This document shows positions 18,619 to 26,632 of a DNA stretch of 64,000 nucleotides, one piece after another. The number at the start of each line of letters is the position of its first letter. The stretch's first letter is position 1. The stretch comes from Candidatus Woesebacteria bacterium RIFCSPHIGHO2_01_FULL_44_10 (lineage in GTDB: Bacteria; Patescibacteriota; Microgenomatia; UBA8517), in assembly GCA_001792465.1 (NCBI GenBank), contig MGGO01000031.1:1172-65171 (forward strand). Reading direction: 5' to 3'. The position numbers were made by a program, and so were the translations under genes. The notes below the pieces were generated by a model that did not search any database, was not told the DNA's origin, and saw only the letters and a program-made list of their open reading frames with translations.

Positions 18619-20298
18619 ATGAGCGGATATATTTTAGGAATCACCGGATGGTTTGAAAGAAGTCACGACGCATCTGCGTGTATTGTTAAAGACGGCAAGG
18701 TTTTGGTTATGGTTGAAGAGGAGAGATTTATCCGTAAGAAACATGCATACGACAAGACACCGGTTCGTTCGATTTCTTGGTGTTTAAATAAGTTGAGCCT
18801 AACTTTGGATGACATTGAGACTGTTGCGGTAGGTTGGGACTATAAGTATCTTTACCGTCTTGCTGGATTAAATGAGCCCAGATTGAATAATCTCGCAGAT
18901 GTGTTCTTTCCCAAAAAATATTTTTCGTATTCAAGGAAGCTAAAAATCGAAATTGTTCCCCATCATTTGGCACATGCGGCTTCATCGTATTTTCTCTCCG
19001 GATTAGACGAAGCAGCAATTTTAGTAGTAGATGGCCAAGGCGAAAACGAATCAACTACCATAGCTCGAGGTAGATCTGGAAAGATAGATATACTGCGAAC
19101 TTTTAGTATTGAGAATTCTTTAGGATATTTCTATGAAGCAGTGAGTGACTACATAGGACTAGGTCTTGACTCAGCTGGTAAGACCATGGGGCTTGCTTCA
19201 TATGGAGATATTATTTATGAATTTGACGAAATAAAGCTCTCTCCAAATGGGTATAAAGTTAATCTTAAGTTTGATAAAAAAGACAACTCACTTGATCAAC
19301 AGCAGCGTGTTCTTAGTGCATGGAAAAGAGTATTAATAGACACATTTGGTAAGCAAAACCAGGTGGACACAAAGTTTAATCCACTATATGGAGACTTCAC
19401 TAAAAGCGTGAAGATATCTAAGTTGCAAAAAGACACCGCCGCCTCAGCACAGGATGTTTTAGAAAGAACTTTGATGCATCTTTCTGAAATTGCTGTCAAC
19501 GAAACTGGCATAAAAGACTTATGTATGGCGGGTGGTGTGGCGTTAAACTGTTCGTCAAATACCAAAGTCGCCAGATCCGAGCACATAAACAGTCTATTTA
19601 TTCCACCCAACACTTCTGATGCCGGTGTTTCTCTTGGAGCTGCCCTGCTTATATCTGGAAAGGATAATTCGGGTGGGTCTCTGGAGTCTGCATATTTTGG
19701 ACCTTTATACACAAACTCTGAAATTAAATCTGTACTTGATAAAAACAATATCGCATATGAATACCATGAGGATATTGAAGATGTAGTTGCTAAACTACTA
19801 GCAAATGGAAAGATTGTTTCTTGGTTTCAGGACTCATTAGAGATTGGACCAAGGGCGCTTGGCAATCGAAGCATTGTAGCAAATCCAACGCTTGCGACAA
19901 TACACAAAAAGGTTAATGAGGCAAAAAACAGAGAGCAATGGAGGCCTCTAGCCCCCAGTATTCTAGAGGAGTCGATTGGTAAATATTTGGTAAATCCGAT
20001 GAAATCTCCTTTCATGCTTCATACATTTGATGTAAAAAAAGAAGTAAGAAGTAAAATTTCCGCGATTGTGCACGTTGATGGATCAACTAGACCTCAAACA
20101 GTGAGTAAAAAGGCAAACCCCCGATACCATAAAATGATCAGTAAATTTGGTAAATTAACAGGTTATGATCTTGTGCTTAATACATCTTTTAATGGTAGTC
20201 GTGAGCCAATAGTTTGCTCTCCATATGATGCATTAACCTCATTTATTAGTAATTCTACCGATTGCCTTGCTATTGGAAACTTTCTTGTAAGCAAATGA
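18619..20298 (+). CDS. NodU/CmcH-family carbamoyltransferase
   Basis: 559 aa. The N-terminal 'ILGITGWFERSHDASACIV' is a Kae1/YgjD-like carbamoyltransferase N-domain. A C-terminal YrdC-less CmcH-like domain is present. Confidence 0.7.
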   Translation: MSGYILGITGWFERSHDASACIVKDGKVLVMVEEERFIRKKHAYDKTPVRSISWCLNKLSLTLDDIETVAVGWDYKYLYRLAGLNEPRLNNLADVFFPKKYFSYSRKLKIEIVPHHLAHAASSYFLSGLDEAAILVVDGQGENESTTIARGRSGKIDILRTFSIENSLGYFYEAVSDYIGLGLDSAGKTMGLASYGDIIYEFDEIKLSPNGYKVNLKFDKKDNSLDQQQRVLSAWKRVLIDTFGKQNQVDTKFNPLYGDFTKSVKISKLQKDTAASAQDVLERTLMHLSEIAVNETGIKDLCMAGGVALNCSSNTKVARSEHINSLFIPPNTSDAGVSLGAALLISGKDNSGGSLESAYFGPLYTNSEIKSVLDKNNIAYEYHEDIEDVVAKLLANGKIVSWFQDSLEIGPRALGNRSIVANPTLATIHKKVNEAKNREQWRPLAPSILEESIGKYLVNPMKSPFMLHTFDVKKEVRSKISAIVHVDGSTRPQTVSKKANPRYHKMISKFGKLTGYDLVLNTSFNGSREPIVCSPYDALTSFISNSTDCLAIGNFLVSK

Positions 20299-21152
20299 AT
20301 ATCTCTGTAGTAATACCAGTATGTAATGATCTTAGGCTGAAAGCGTGCATAGATTCTATTGACGAAAAGGTCGAAGTTGTTATTTCTTTAAATAAACCAA
20401 CTAAAGAATTAAAAGACTTGATAAAGTCGATTCTGAAAGTTCAAAAAGAGAAAAATAAATATAAAAATATTAAATTTAATATTTGCGAGATCGGTTACCC
20501 CAGTATTGCAGGTGCCTATAACAATGGTATAAAACACGCGAGCTATGAAAATATTTTATTAATGGATTCTGATTGTATATTTGAAAAAGGATGTATCAGA
20601 AAGCTACATCAAAACATAAAAGGCCATCTTCTTTCGAAAGGAAAGGTTGTTTTCTCGAGTAATTCGCTTGTAACAAAAGTGGTGGCCAGAGCACGAGAGT
20701 TTCATACTTCCGATAAAGTCAGCGCATATTCTCCTCCCCTGCTTTTTAAAAAGAAAATAATCAACAAAATTGGTGGATATTATTTTCATCCTTCTTTGTG
20801 CTGGCTTGAAGATAGCGAATTTGATAAACGAGTTCAAAATGCCCAGTTAGAAATAGCATACGATAAATCTGCGAAGGTTATACACCCCTCTTTGAGTCCA
20901 GCACGGGATCTAAAGAGCGCCATTTGGTATGGAGTTGGAAAAAGAATAGGTGTAGAACTGGGAATTCACGATAAACCTACTGGCTTGATAGGCAGTATAA
21001 AGAAATATATTATTATGGCTCCCAAAAGCAAGGGATATTTGTCAGGCTTATATTTATTTACTTGGAAAATGGCTTTGTTTGTGGGTTATTATAGCCAAAA
21101 GTTTTTTAAGATAAGACCGGTGAGTATGATTATGTCTCAAAAAGAGAACTAA
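20295..21152 (+). CDS. Glycosyltransferase family 2
   Basis: 'MNISVVIPVCND' is a GT-A N-terminus and 'LMDSDC' is a DxD-like motif. The start was trimmed to the internal Met. Confidence 0.6.
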   Translation: MNISVVIPVCNDLRLKACIDSIDEKVEVVISLNKPTKELKDLIKSILKVQKEKNKYKNIKFNICEIGYPSIAGAYNNGIKHASYENILLMDSDCIFEKGCIRKLHQNIKGHLLSKGKVVFSSNSLVTKVVARAREFHTSDKVSAYSPPLLFKKKIINKIGGYYFHPSLCWLEDSEFDKRVQNAQLEIAYDKSAKVIHPSLSPARDLKSAIWYGVGKRIGVELGIHDKPTGLIGSIKKYIIMAPKSKGYLSGLYLFTWKMALFVGYYSQKFFKIRPVSMIMSQKEN

Positions 21153-21780
21153 ACCTTTTAATTGCAAATACTTCAGCAAAATCGCATTGCTCATGTAGCA
21201 ATCCTCGGTATTGATTTAAACCTTTTATTGCCAAGTCAATTCTGGAAGTTTCTAATTGCGATTTGTAATACGACATGGCTTTCATCTTAATTCCAATATA
21301 TTTAGTAATATCTTCAACTAGATTGTAAGCTTGAAGAGGCTTGTGCACTTCGTATAAAATCAACCCTTTTGTTTTTTTATTAGAATTTATATTGTATCTC
21401 CAGTAAGCTTGGGAAATTATTTGATAGGAAATTTTATGTTCATAATCAGCATCAAGGTCGTGGTTTATGTAAATAAAATCTGGTTTAATTTTTTTCCAAT
21501 ATTTTATAATTTTTGAAATATTCTGAACTGACACCTTGAATGTTTGATCTTTTAGTCGGAGAAATTGGCAATCAGTTATTTTCATATATGAACAAACTTT
21601 TTTCGCTTCTTCCTCTCTTCGTTTTTCTATCCTGTCGCCAGAAGATAAATATTGAATATAAACGTTGTTATTATTTTCTATCGCTTTAGCAATAGTTCCT
21701 CCACACCCTATAATTTCGTCATCTGGATGGGGTGCTATTACTAAAATTTTGTTTTTGGTACTTTTAGATGAATTTATCAT
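21130..21780 (-). CDS. PIG-L/LmbE-family N-acetylglucosaminyl deacetylase
   Basis: 'ILVIAPHPDDEIIGCGGTIA' signature. Confidence 0.7.
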   Translation of the reverse strand: MINSSKSTKNKILVIAPHPDDEIIGCGGTIAKAIENNNNVYIQYLSSGDRIEKRREEEAKKVCSYMKITDCQFLRLKDQTFKVSVQNISKIIKYWKKIKPDFIYINHDLDADYEHKISYQIISQAYWRYNINSNKKTKGLILYEVHKPLQAYNLVEDITKYIGIKMKAMSYYKSQLETSRIDLAIKGLNQYRGLLHEQCDFAEVFAIKRFSSLFET

Positions 21781-21825
21781 GAGCCTGTAGTATTATATCA
21801 AAGCTAATCGTAAATAACATTATAT

Positions 21826-22890
21826 ATGGATAAAGACAGGGATAAATTAACAAATCATGACCAACAAGCTCGTTCTGAGATAACTCTGATTATGAAATCT
21901 GGGTGGTCCGATATCGATATCGTAGATATTGAAGATCATACAGAACAAGGGTATTTCGGAGGAGTGTATTGTATAAAATCAACGGAGCGATCATACGCAT
22001 TAAAAAAACATCCAAGATCATTTAAAGGAAAATTTGATTTTCACAATCAAGTTTCTAATTTTATCAGCAACACTGGAGATGTTCGTTACTTCCCTTCCAC
22101 TATTCCAACTGAAAGTCGCGAACTGGCTGTTGATGAACCAGAGACTGATTCCTTTTGGGTACTAAATGAATGGGTAGAGGGGAGGGATATGAGATATCGT
22201 AGCAGACAAGAGAACGTAGATCACCATCTTCCGTTAATCTTTCGAAAAGTAGCACAAATGCATTCTCAGCTGGCTTCATTTCCCATAGGTGATGACAGCG
22301 TTGTGGATCGTAGCCTGTCAGAACACTGGGTACCAGAAATGTTAGAAAGATTTGATTTGGTCAGCAAAGGAGATTCGACCAGAAGAATAATTGATTTAAC
22401 CGGAATCGATTCTGCTAGTCTGACCAGATTTATGAGTATGAGTGACAGGTTTATTGAAGATATGTTGCAACATGACAAGCCTAAATATTGGGACCACAAT
22501 TTAACTAGAACTGTTATTCATGGTGATCTTAATCTCTCTCATGTTTTTGAAGCAAGTGGCGACTATGTATTGGTTGATATTGATAGGATGAAATACGGAA
22601 TGAGACTTGATGATCTTGGGAATCTAATCTCGGAGGCTTTTTTGTCTTGTGGGCAAAATACAGTGCTCGAGTCACTGCGTACGGCTGAGCAAGTGTTACC
22701 TTTAACAGATGTTGAAAAAGAAGACCTGACACAATACGTTAAATACGGTAAAATTAGGCAAAATTTTTGGTTGCTAAATGAAATTCTTACAAGAAATGAT
22801 CCTATGACATCTTTCCCTTTACAGCTTGAGCAAGAAGTTGCTAACACAGTTTTACTCGTTGAAAACTTAGAGATAAATGACAGAACGTAA
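21826..22890 (+). CDS. APH/choline-kinase-like phosphotransferase
   Basis: 'VIHGDLNLSHVF' is a Brenner HxDxxxxN-like motif and 'VLVDIDRM' is a DxD motif. Confidence 0.55.
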   Translation: MDKDRDKLTNHDQQARSEITLIMKSGWSDIDIVDIEDHTEQGYFGGVYCIKSTERSYALKKHPRSFKGKFDFHNQVSNFISNTGDVRYFPSTIPTESRELAVDEPETDSFWVLNEWVEGRDMRYRSRQENVDHHLPLIFRKVAQMHSQLASFPIGDDSVVDRSLSEHWVPEMLERFDLVSKGDSTRRIIDLTGIDSASLTRFMSMSDRFIEDMLQHDKPKYWDHNLTRTVIHGDLNLSHVFEASGDYVLVDIDRMKYGMRLDDLGNLISEAFLSCGQNTVLESLRTAEQVLPLTDVEKEDLTQYVKYGKIRQNFWLLNEILTRNDPMTSFPLQLEQEVANTVLLVENLEINDRT

Positions 22891-23599
22891 TAATAAATAT
22901 TTAAAACATTTTGAAGGAGACAGAGCACTAAAGAGATATCAAAATGAAATCCAGTGTGCCCAGATGTTTCCATTAATTACACCTCGTGTGATTTCAAGAG
23001 ATGATAAAAATCTTCGACTTGAATTCGAGTTGTTGCGGGGGGATAATACAGCGTTTACCAAATCGGGCTTGGTAGCCATTGGTAGAACTTTGGCTCAAAC
23101 TCACAAACAGGCAGGAATTGAATCAGGAGAATGGGTGGAGTCGGGACTACTTAGTAGGTACCAGGCAACTAATATTTCATCTCTCAGAGAGAGATATCAA
23201 AGCGCCAAAGGTGAGATTGAAGCGCCAAGATACAGCTTGACTCACGGAGATTACAGACGCAGAAATATATTTCTCACAGAGGGTGACGGGGTCAAGGTCA
23301 TCGACTGGGAATTTGCCGGTACAAATCTAATTTATTGGGATTTAGCAATCTTTATAGGAGATATGAGACATCAAAGATATCACAAGATACATGATTTAGA
23401 TGATTCACATTTTCTAGAAGCATACACTGGAGAGATTCCCTTAACCGATGAAGAAGCAAACTTCTGCCGTGTTTTAGGTGGAGTGGACATCGTACTTGAC
23501 CACATGGAACCAAGACAGGGAGAAAAACCGCCCGAACCGTCAGATTTGTTTGTGAATTTTAACGAAGAAGAAATGAAGTATTTATTACACAGTAACTAA
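22877..23599 (+). CDS. APH-like phosphotransferase (second paralog)
   Basis: 'LTHGDYRRRNIFL' and 'VKVIDWEFAG'. Confidence 0.55.
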   Translation: MTERNNKYLKHFEGDRALKRYQNEIQCAQMFPLITPRVISRDDKNLRLEFELLRGDNTAFTKSGLVAIGRTLAQTHKQAGIESGEWVESGLLSRYQATNISSLRERYQSAKGEIEAPRYSLTHGDYRRRNIFLTEGDGVKVIDWEFAGTNLIYWDLAIFIGDMRHQRYHKIHDLDDSHFLEAYTGEIPLTDEEANFCRVLGGVDIVLDHMEPRQGEKPPEPSDLFVNFNEEEMKYLLHSN

Positions 23600-23601
23600 T
23601 C

Positions 23602-24567
23602 ATGTCAATCGAAAATCAAATACGCACTAACTTGGAAGAAAACGAGGTTTATTTGTCAGAGAATCTTGGCCAACATATTTTGATAGATGAAGAAGCCCTA
23701 GAGTTAATCGGCCGTCAAGTAATTTCTGGTGGGAATGTGCTAGAGATTGGATCAGGGCCAGGAAATCTTACCGCAAAATTAACCGAACGGGCCAATCGAG
23801 TTGTAGGCATTGAGATAGACAGACAATTTGCCCCTGTATTAGAAGATCTTCAGGCAAGTTCACCAAATCTTGAGGTGATATATGGTGATGCATTAAGAGT
23901 TAATTTTCAACAGATAGTAGAATCTGAGAGAGATGAAGAGTGGCAAGTGGTATCTAACTTACCTTTCCATATCTCTGAACCGTTCTTAAAAAAGGTCGCA
24001 GGTCTTCCTGTCGAAAATGTCGTCCTAGTTGTAGGAGATGCTCTTGCAAGATCTATGCAAATTACAGATCCGGATTCTAGTGAGTTTAGTAGAACTTCTT
24101 TTTTGAGTCAAACCTTTTTTGAAACAAGTGTCATTGCAGATATTGAAAAGTCGGCTTTTTATCCTCCCCCTAGAACAAACGCAACAGCTGTTGTTTTGAC
24201 TCCGAGAGAAAGAGACGAGTTTAAATCAAATCCAAGGCTGGCAATCCAACATCGTTTATTTCTGACTGAGCATAAAAGTCCTACTGTGGGTAAAGTGATA
24301 AAGGAAGCCAGAGATAACCAAGTTGGTGGTGCGGGTAAAGATTCACACAGACCAAGCAGAAGAAAGGCAAGGCAAGAATTAAAACAACTTATTTACGAAG
24401 CTAACAATGGTGGTTTAGGGCAAGGGAATCGTCAGGATGGGGGAATTGGACACAGAGATGATAGTTTGGGTCTAGATGAGAGAATTCTAAGCACTCCATT
24501 TTCAAGGCTCGATAATCAAGAAGTTAGAGAACTGGCAAAAGCACTTAGAGATAAGTTTGGGCAGTGA
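23602..24567 (+). CDS. ksgA: rRNA adenine N6,N6-dimethyltransferase (KsgA/RsmA/Erm family) with an R/G/K-rich C-terminal extension
   Basis: 'LGQHILIDE', 'VLEIGSGPGNLT' and 'SNLPFHIS' (NLPY-like). An additional tail of about 60 aa, 'GGAGKDSHRPSRRKARQ..', is present. Confidence 0.7.
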   Translation: MSIENQIRTNLEENEVYLSENLGQHILIDEEALELIGRQVISGGNVLEIGSGPGNLTAKLTERANRVVGIEIDRQFAPVLEDLQASSPNLEVIYGDALRVNFQQIVESERDEEWQVVSNLPFHISEPFLKKVAGLPVENVVLVVGDALARSMQITDPDSSEFSRTSFLSQTFFETSVIADIEKSAFYPPPRTNATAVVLTPRERDEFKSNPRLAIQHRLFLTEHKSPTVGKVIKEARDNQVGGAGKDSHRPSRRKARQELKQLIYEANNGGLGQGNRQDGGIGHRDDSLGLDERILSTPFSRLDNQEVRELAKALRDKFGQ

Positions 24568-24619
24568 CGACTTGTACAAAATCTACCGTGCAATTGCGAG
24601 AAGGAAAGTAATATCTACT

Positions 24620-25027
24620 TCAGATTAAATCAAAAGCTTTCTTCTCGTCTTCGTGTTTCATTACTTCCTTAACTTTTTCGATCGGCATCCAATCATAACC
24701 GATACTTTCTTCATTTAGTTGAATCGATATATCTATGCGTTCAACTTTTAATGCTAAGAAATGGGCTTCAGTTAACCCATGTTTGCCCTCAAACTCAATT
24801 TTATAATTTAAGTTTTTGGTTTCTTTGAATTCGCTTGTCCCGAATTCTTCACCAGCCTCTCTTTTAGCTGCTTCCTCAAGGTTCTCATCTTTTTCAACGT
24901 CACCAAAAGTAATAGTCCATTCGTCCTCGTATTCGTCAAAAGGTTTATTGTGACGAAGTAAGAACCTTTTGTTTCCTTCTGGATCTATAGTCCATACTAT
25001 TACGGCTACTTTTTGATGTTTGCTCAT
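24620..25027 (-). CDS. NUDIX hydrolase (copy A of a duplicated module)
   Basis: Nudix box 'GDVEKDENLEEAAKREAGEEFG'. It is 135 aa and about 88% identical to the ORF at 42689..43096. Confidence 0.65.
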   Translation of the reverse strand: MSKHQKVAVIVWTIDPEGNKRFLLRHNKPFDEYEDEWTITFGDVEKDENLEEAAKREAGEEFGTSEFKETKNLNYKIEFEGKHGLTEAHFLALKVERIDISIQLNEESIGYDWMPIEKVKEVMKHEDEKKAFDLI

Positions 25028-25533
25028 ACTTTCAAGATTCTATTATAAAACTCATACTTTGCTCTTTGATAGTCCTTGTAATTTTTTCCATCAAAAGACA
25101 ATTTCAAATCTTCATACTCTTTTAATAATTTGTTGTTAGATCTTAGAATTTCATAGACTTTGATTTGCCTATCTGGAGGTTCTGTCAAATAAACTTCTAT
25201 CTCGTAACCGTCCTTATTAAATTTCCATTCAACGAAGGACTTTTTGACATATCTCCCTTGTTTATTAACTTCTCCAAAAAGCTTTTCAAAAGTTGGCAAA
25301 TACTTATCAAAGTCTTCCATGTTGGCAAGGGCATAAATATCAATGTCTTTTTGCCCTGATATTTCTAGAGCCACAGACCCCATGAACAGCACTTTAAGAT
25401 TAGAAAATGATTTTTTTATCTGTTTAACAATTGCTTCTCCTAATTTTTTGCCTTTTGAGTTAAATGGATGTATCGAGACTTTTCTATTAGGATCAATTTT
25501 TGATAAATAATCATTTTCTTCTTTGGTAAGCAT
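25024..25533 (-). CDS. GrpB-like nucleotidyltransferase-fold protein (copy A)
   Basis: 'LFMGSVALEISGQKDIDIYAL'. The annotated 234-aa ORF was trimmed to the internal Met (MLTKEEN) by comparison with its paralog at 43093..43590. Confidence 0.5.
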   Translation of the reverse strand: MLTKEENDYLSKIDPNRKVSIHPFNSKGKKLGEAIVKQIKKSFSNLKVLFMGSVALEISGQKDIDIYALANMEDFDKYLPTFEKLFGEVNKQGRYVKKSFVEWKFNKDGYEIEVYLTEPPDRQIKVYEILRSNNKLLKEYEDLKLSFDGKNYKDYQRAKYEFYNRILKV

Positions 25534-25569
25534 GTTTTGATTATATCGCACAACTGGTAAAATTGGATC

Positions 25570-25986
25570 ATGGCTAGAACTGGTACTCGCGCGGTTGCAA
25601 TAATTATCAAAGATAATAAAGTTGCCTTGATTCATCGTAAAAAAGAAGGAAGAGACTACTGGGTATTCCCTGGTGGTGGCGTAGAAAAAGGAGAAACCCC
25701 TGAAAAGGCAGTTATCAGAGAAGTGCAAGAGGAGTTGAGTTTGACAGGTAAGGTGGAAAGACTACTTTTTTCGGTAGAAAGTTACCCCAATGGCAATAAA
25801 GATCCATATTTTTTGTGCAGCGTTGGAAGCGAAGAAATTGAGTTGGGTGGACCAGAAAAGCAGCGACACTCAAAAGAGAATTGGTACGCCCCGCAGTGGG
25901 TTGAATTTGAAAAGGTTGGTAGCTTAAATTTATTACCCGAGACGGCTAAAGAACAATTTTTAGAAAAAGTTAGATCTGAGTTATAA
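25570..25986 (+). CDS. NUDIX hydrolase (MutT-like)
   Basis: 'GGGVEKGETPEKAVIREVQEELS' is a Nudix box. Confidence 0.65.
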   Translation: MARTGTRAVAIIIKDNKVALIHRKKEGRDYWVFPGGGVEKGETPEKAVIREVQEELSLTGKVERLLFSVESYPNGNKDPYFLCSVGSEEIELGGPEKQRHSKENWYAPQWVEFEKVGSLNLLPETAKEQFLEKVRSEL

Positions 25987-26044
25987 TCACATTTAGGTTG
26001 ATTTTGTAAAGTTATATCTCAAATTATAACTATACCAAACCACA

Positions 26045-26300
26045 TCAGGTATAGCAGCTGAGACAAATCCCTTTTTATACTGTCTCATTTGTCTCGTTTG
26101 GCCTCGTTTGTGATACACTTGAAGGAAGCAGCTATGGGATCGAAAGGTTCCAGACCGACATGCTCAGCCAAACAGGGCACCCCAGCGACCGAGATGCCTC
26201 GAGAAGCCCAACCTTTCCTTCTAAACCGCTAGTTTTTCTTCCAAACATTCGGACGGTACGCTCGTAATTCGGATATTAGCCTTGAAATAAGTCTCTGGTT
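26045..26300. repeat. Intergenic repeat family, copy 1, containing a GAGACAAAT/ATTTGTCTC hairpin and a degenerate tRNA-Gln-3'-like segment
   Basis: Shares 'GAGACA..CCCTTTTTATA.TGTCTCA..TGTCTC', 'GTGATACACTTG' and 'GGTTCCAGACC..GCTCAGCC' with the copies at 40362-40615 and 44842-45000. Its distal part, 'GGGCACCCCAGCGACCGAGATGCCT', matches 3266-3292 just downstream of tRNA-Gln. Confidence 0.5.
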
Positions 26301-26374
26301 AAGTGGACAGGTACCCCTTAAAATGCAAGAAGTTTCTATATAATTAGAAGCTTATTTTAAGGAGGTGATTTATT

Positions 26375-26632
26375 TTGAAACCTGTTATTGCCAAAGAAGT
26401 CAAAGAGGAAATATTGGCTAAAGTTAAGGCCGGTGAACCAGCCGCTTCAGTTGCCCAGAAATTCGGAATCTCGGTCAAAACGATATATGGCTGGTTAAGA
26501 TGGAATACCATTAAAGGAGTAAGTTGGCTAGATTATGCCAAGTTAAAGAGAGAAAATCAGCAACTAAAAGAGATTATTGGGGTATTGTCCCTTGAGGTTG
26601 CAAAGTCAAAAAAAAAGACAGGTAGGGCGTGA
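26375..26632 (+). CDS. IS3 transposase OrfA (HTH)
   Basis: 'VAQKFGISVKTIYGWLR' is the HTH. The leucine-zipper-like 'LKRENQQLKEIIGVL' follows. Confidence 0.7.
   Translation: MKPVIAKEVKEEILAKVKAGEPAASVAQKFGISVKTIYGWLRWNTIKGVSWLDYAKLKRENQQLKEIIGVLSLEVAKSKKKTGRA

Noticed and set aside
8831-24567. Dpd-type 7-deazaguanine DNA-modification and restriction system
   Set aside because: The window contains no TGT-like DpdA, no DpdB/DpdC, and none of the characteristic DpdD-K set. The helicase present is Upf1-like with DUF559, not a Dpd helicase.
23602-24567. Erm-type antibiotic resistance methyltransferase
   Set aside because: The N-terminal motif (LGQHILID) and overall layout match housekeeping KsgA/RsmA. 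The resistance role is kept only as a low-probability hypothesis.
25024-25728. 234-aa ORF as annotated, with an N-terminal extension (MHFSDNCLF...)
   Set aside because: The first 65 aa have no counterpart in the near-identical paralog at 43093..43590. They read through the intergenic region and are antisense to the 25570 NUDIX gene, so the true start is taken as the internal Met.
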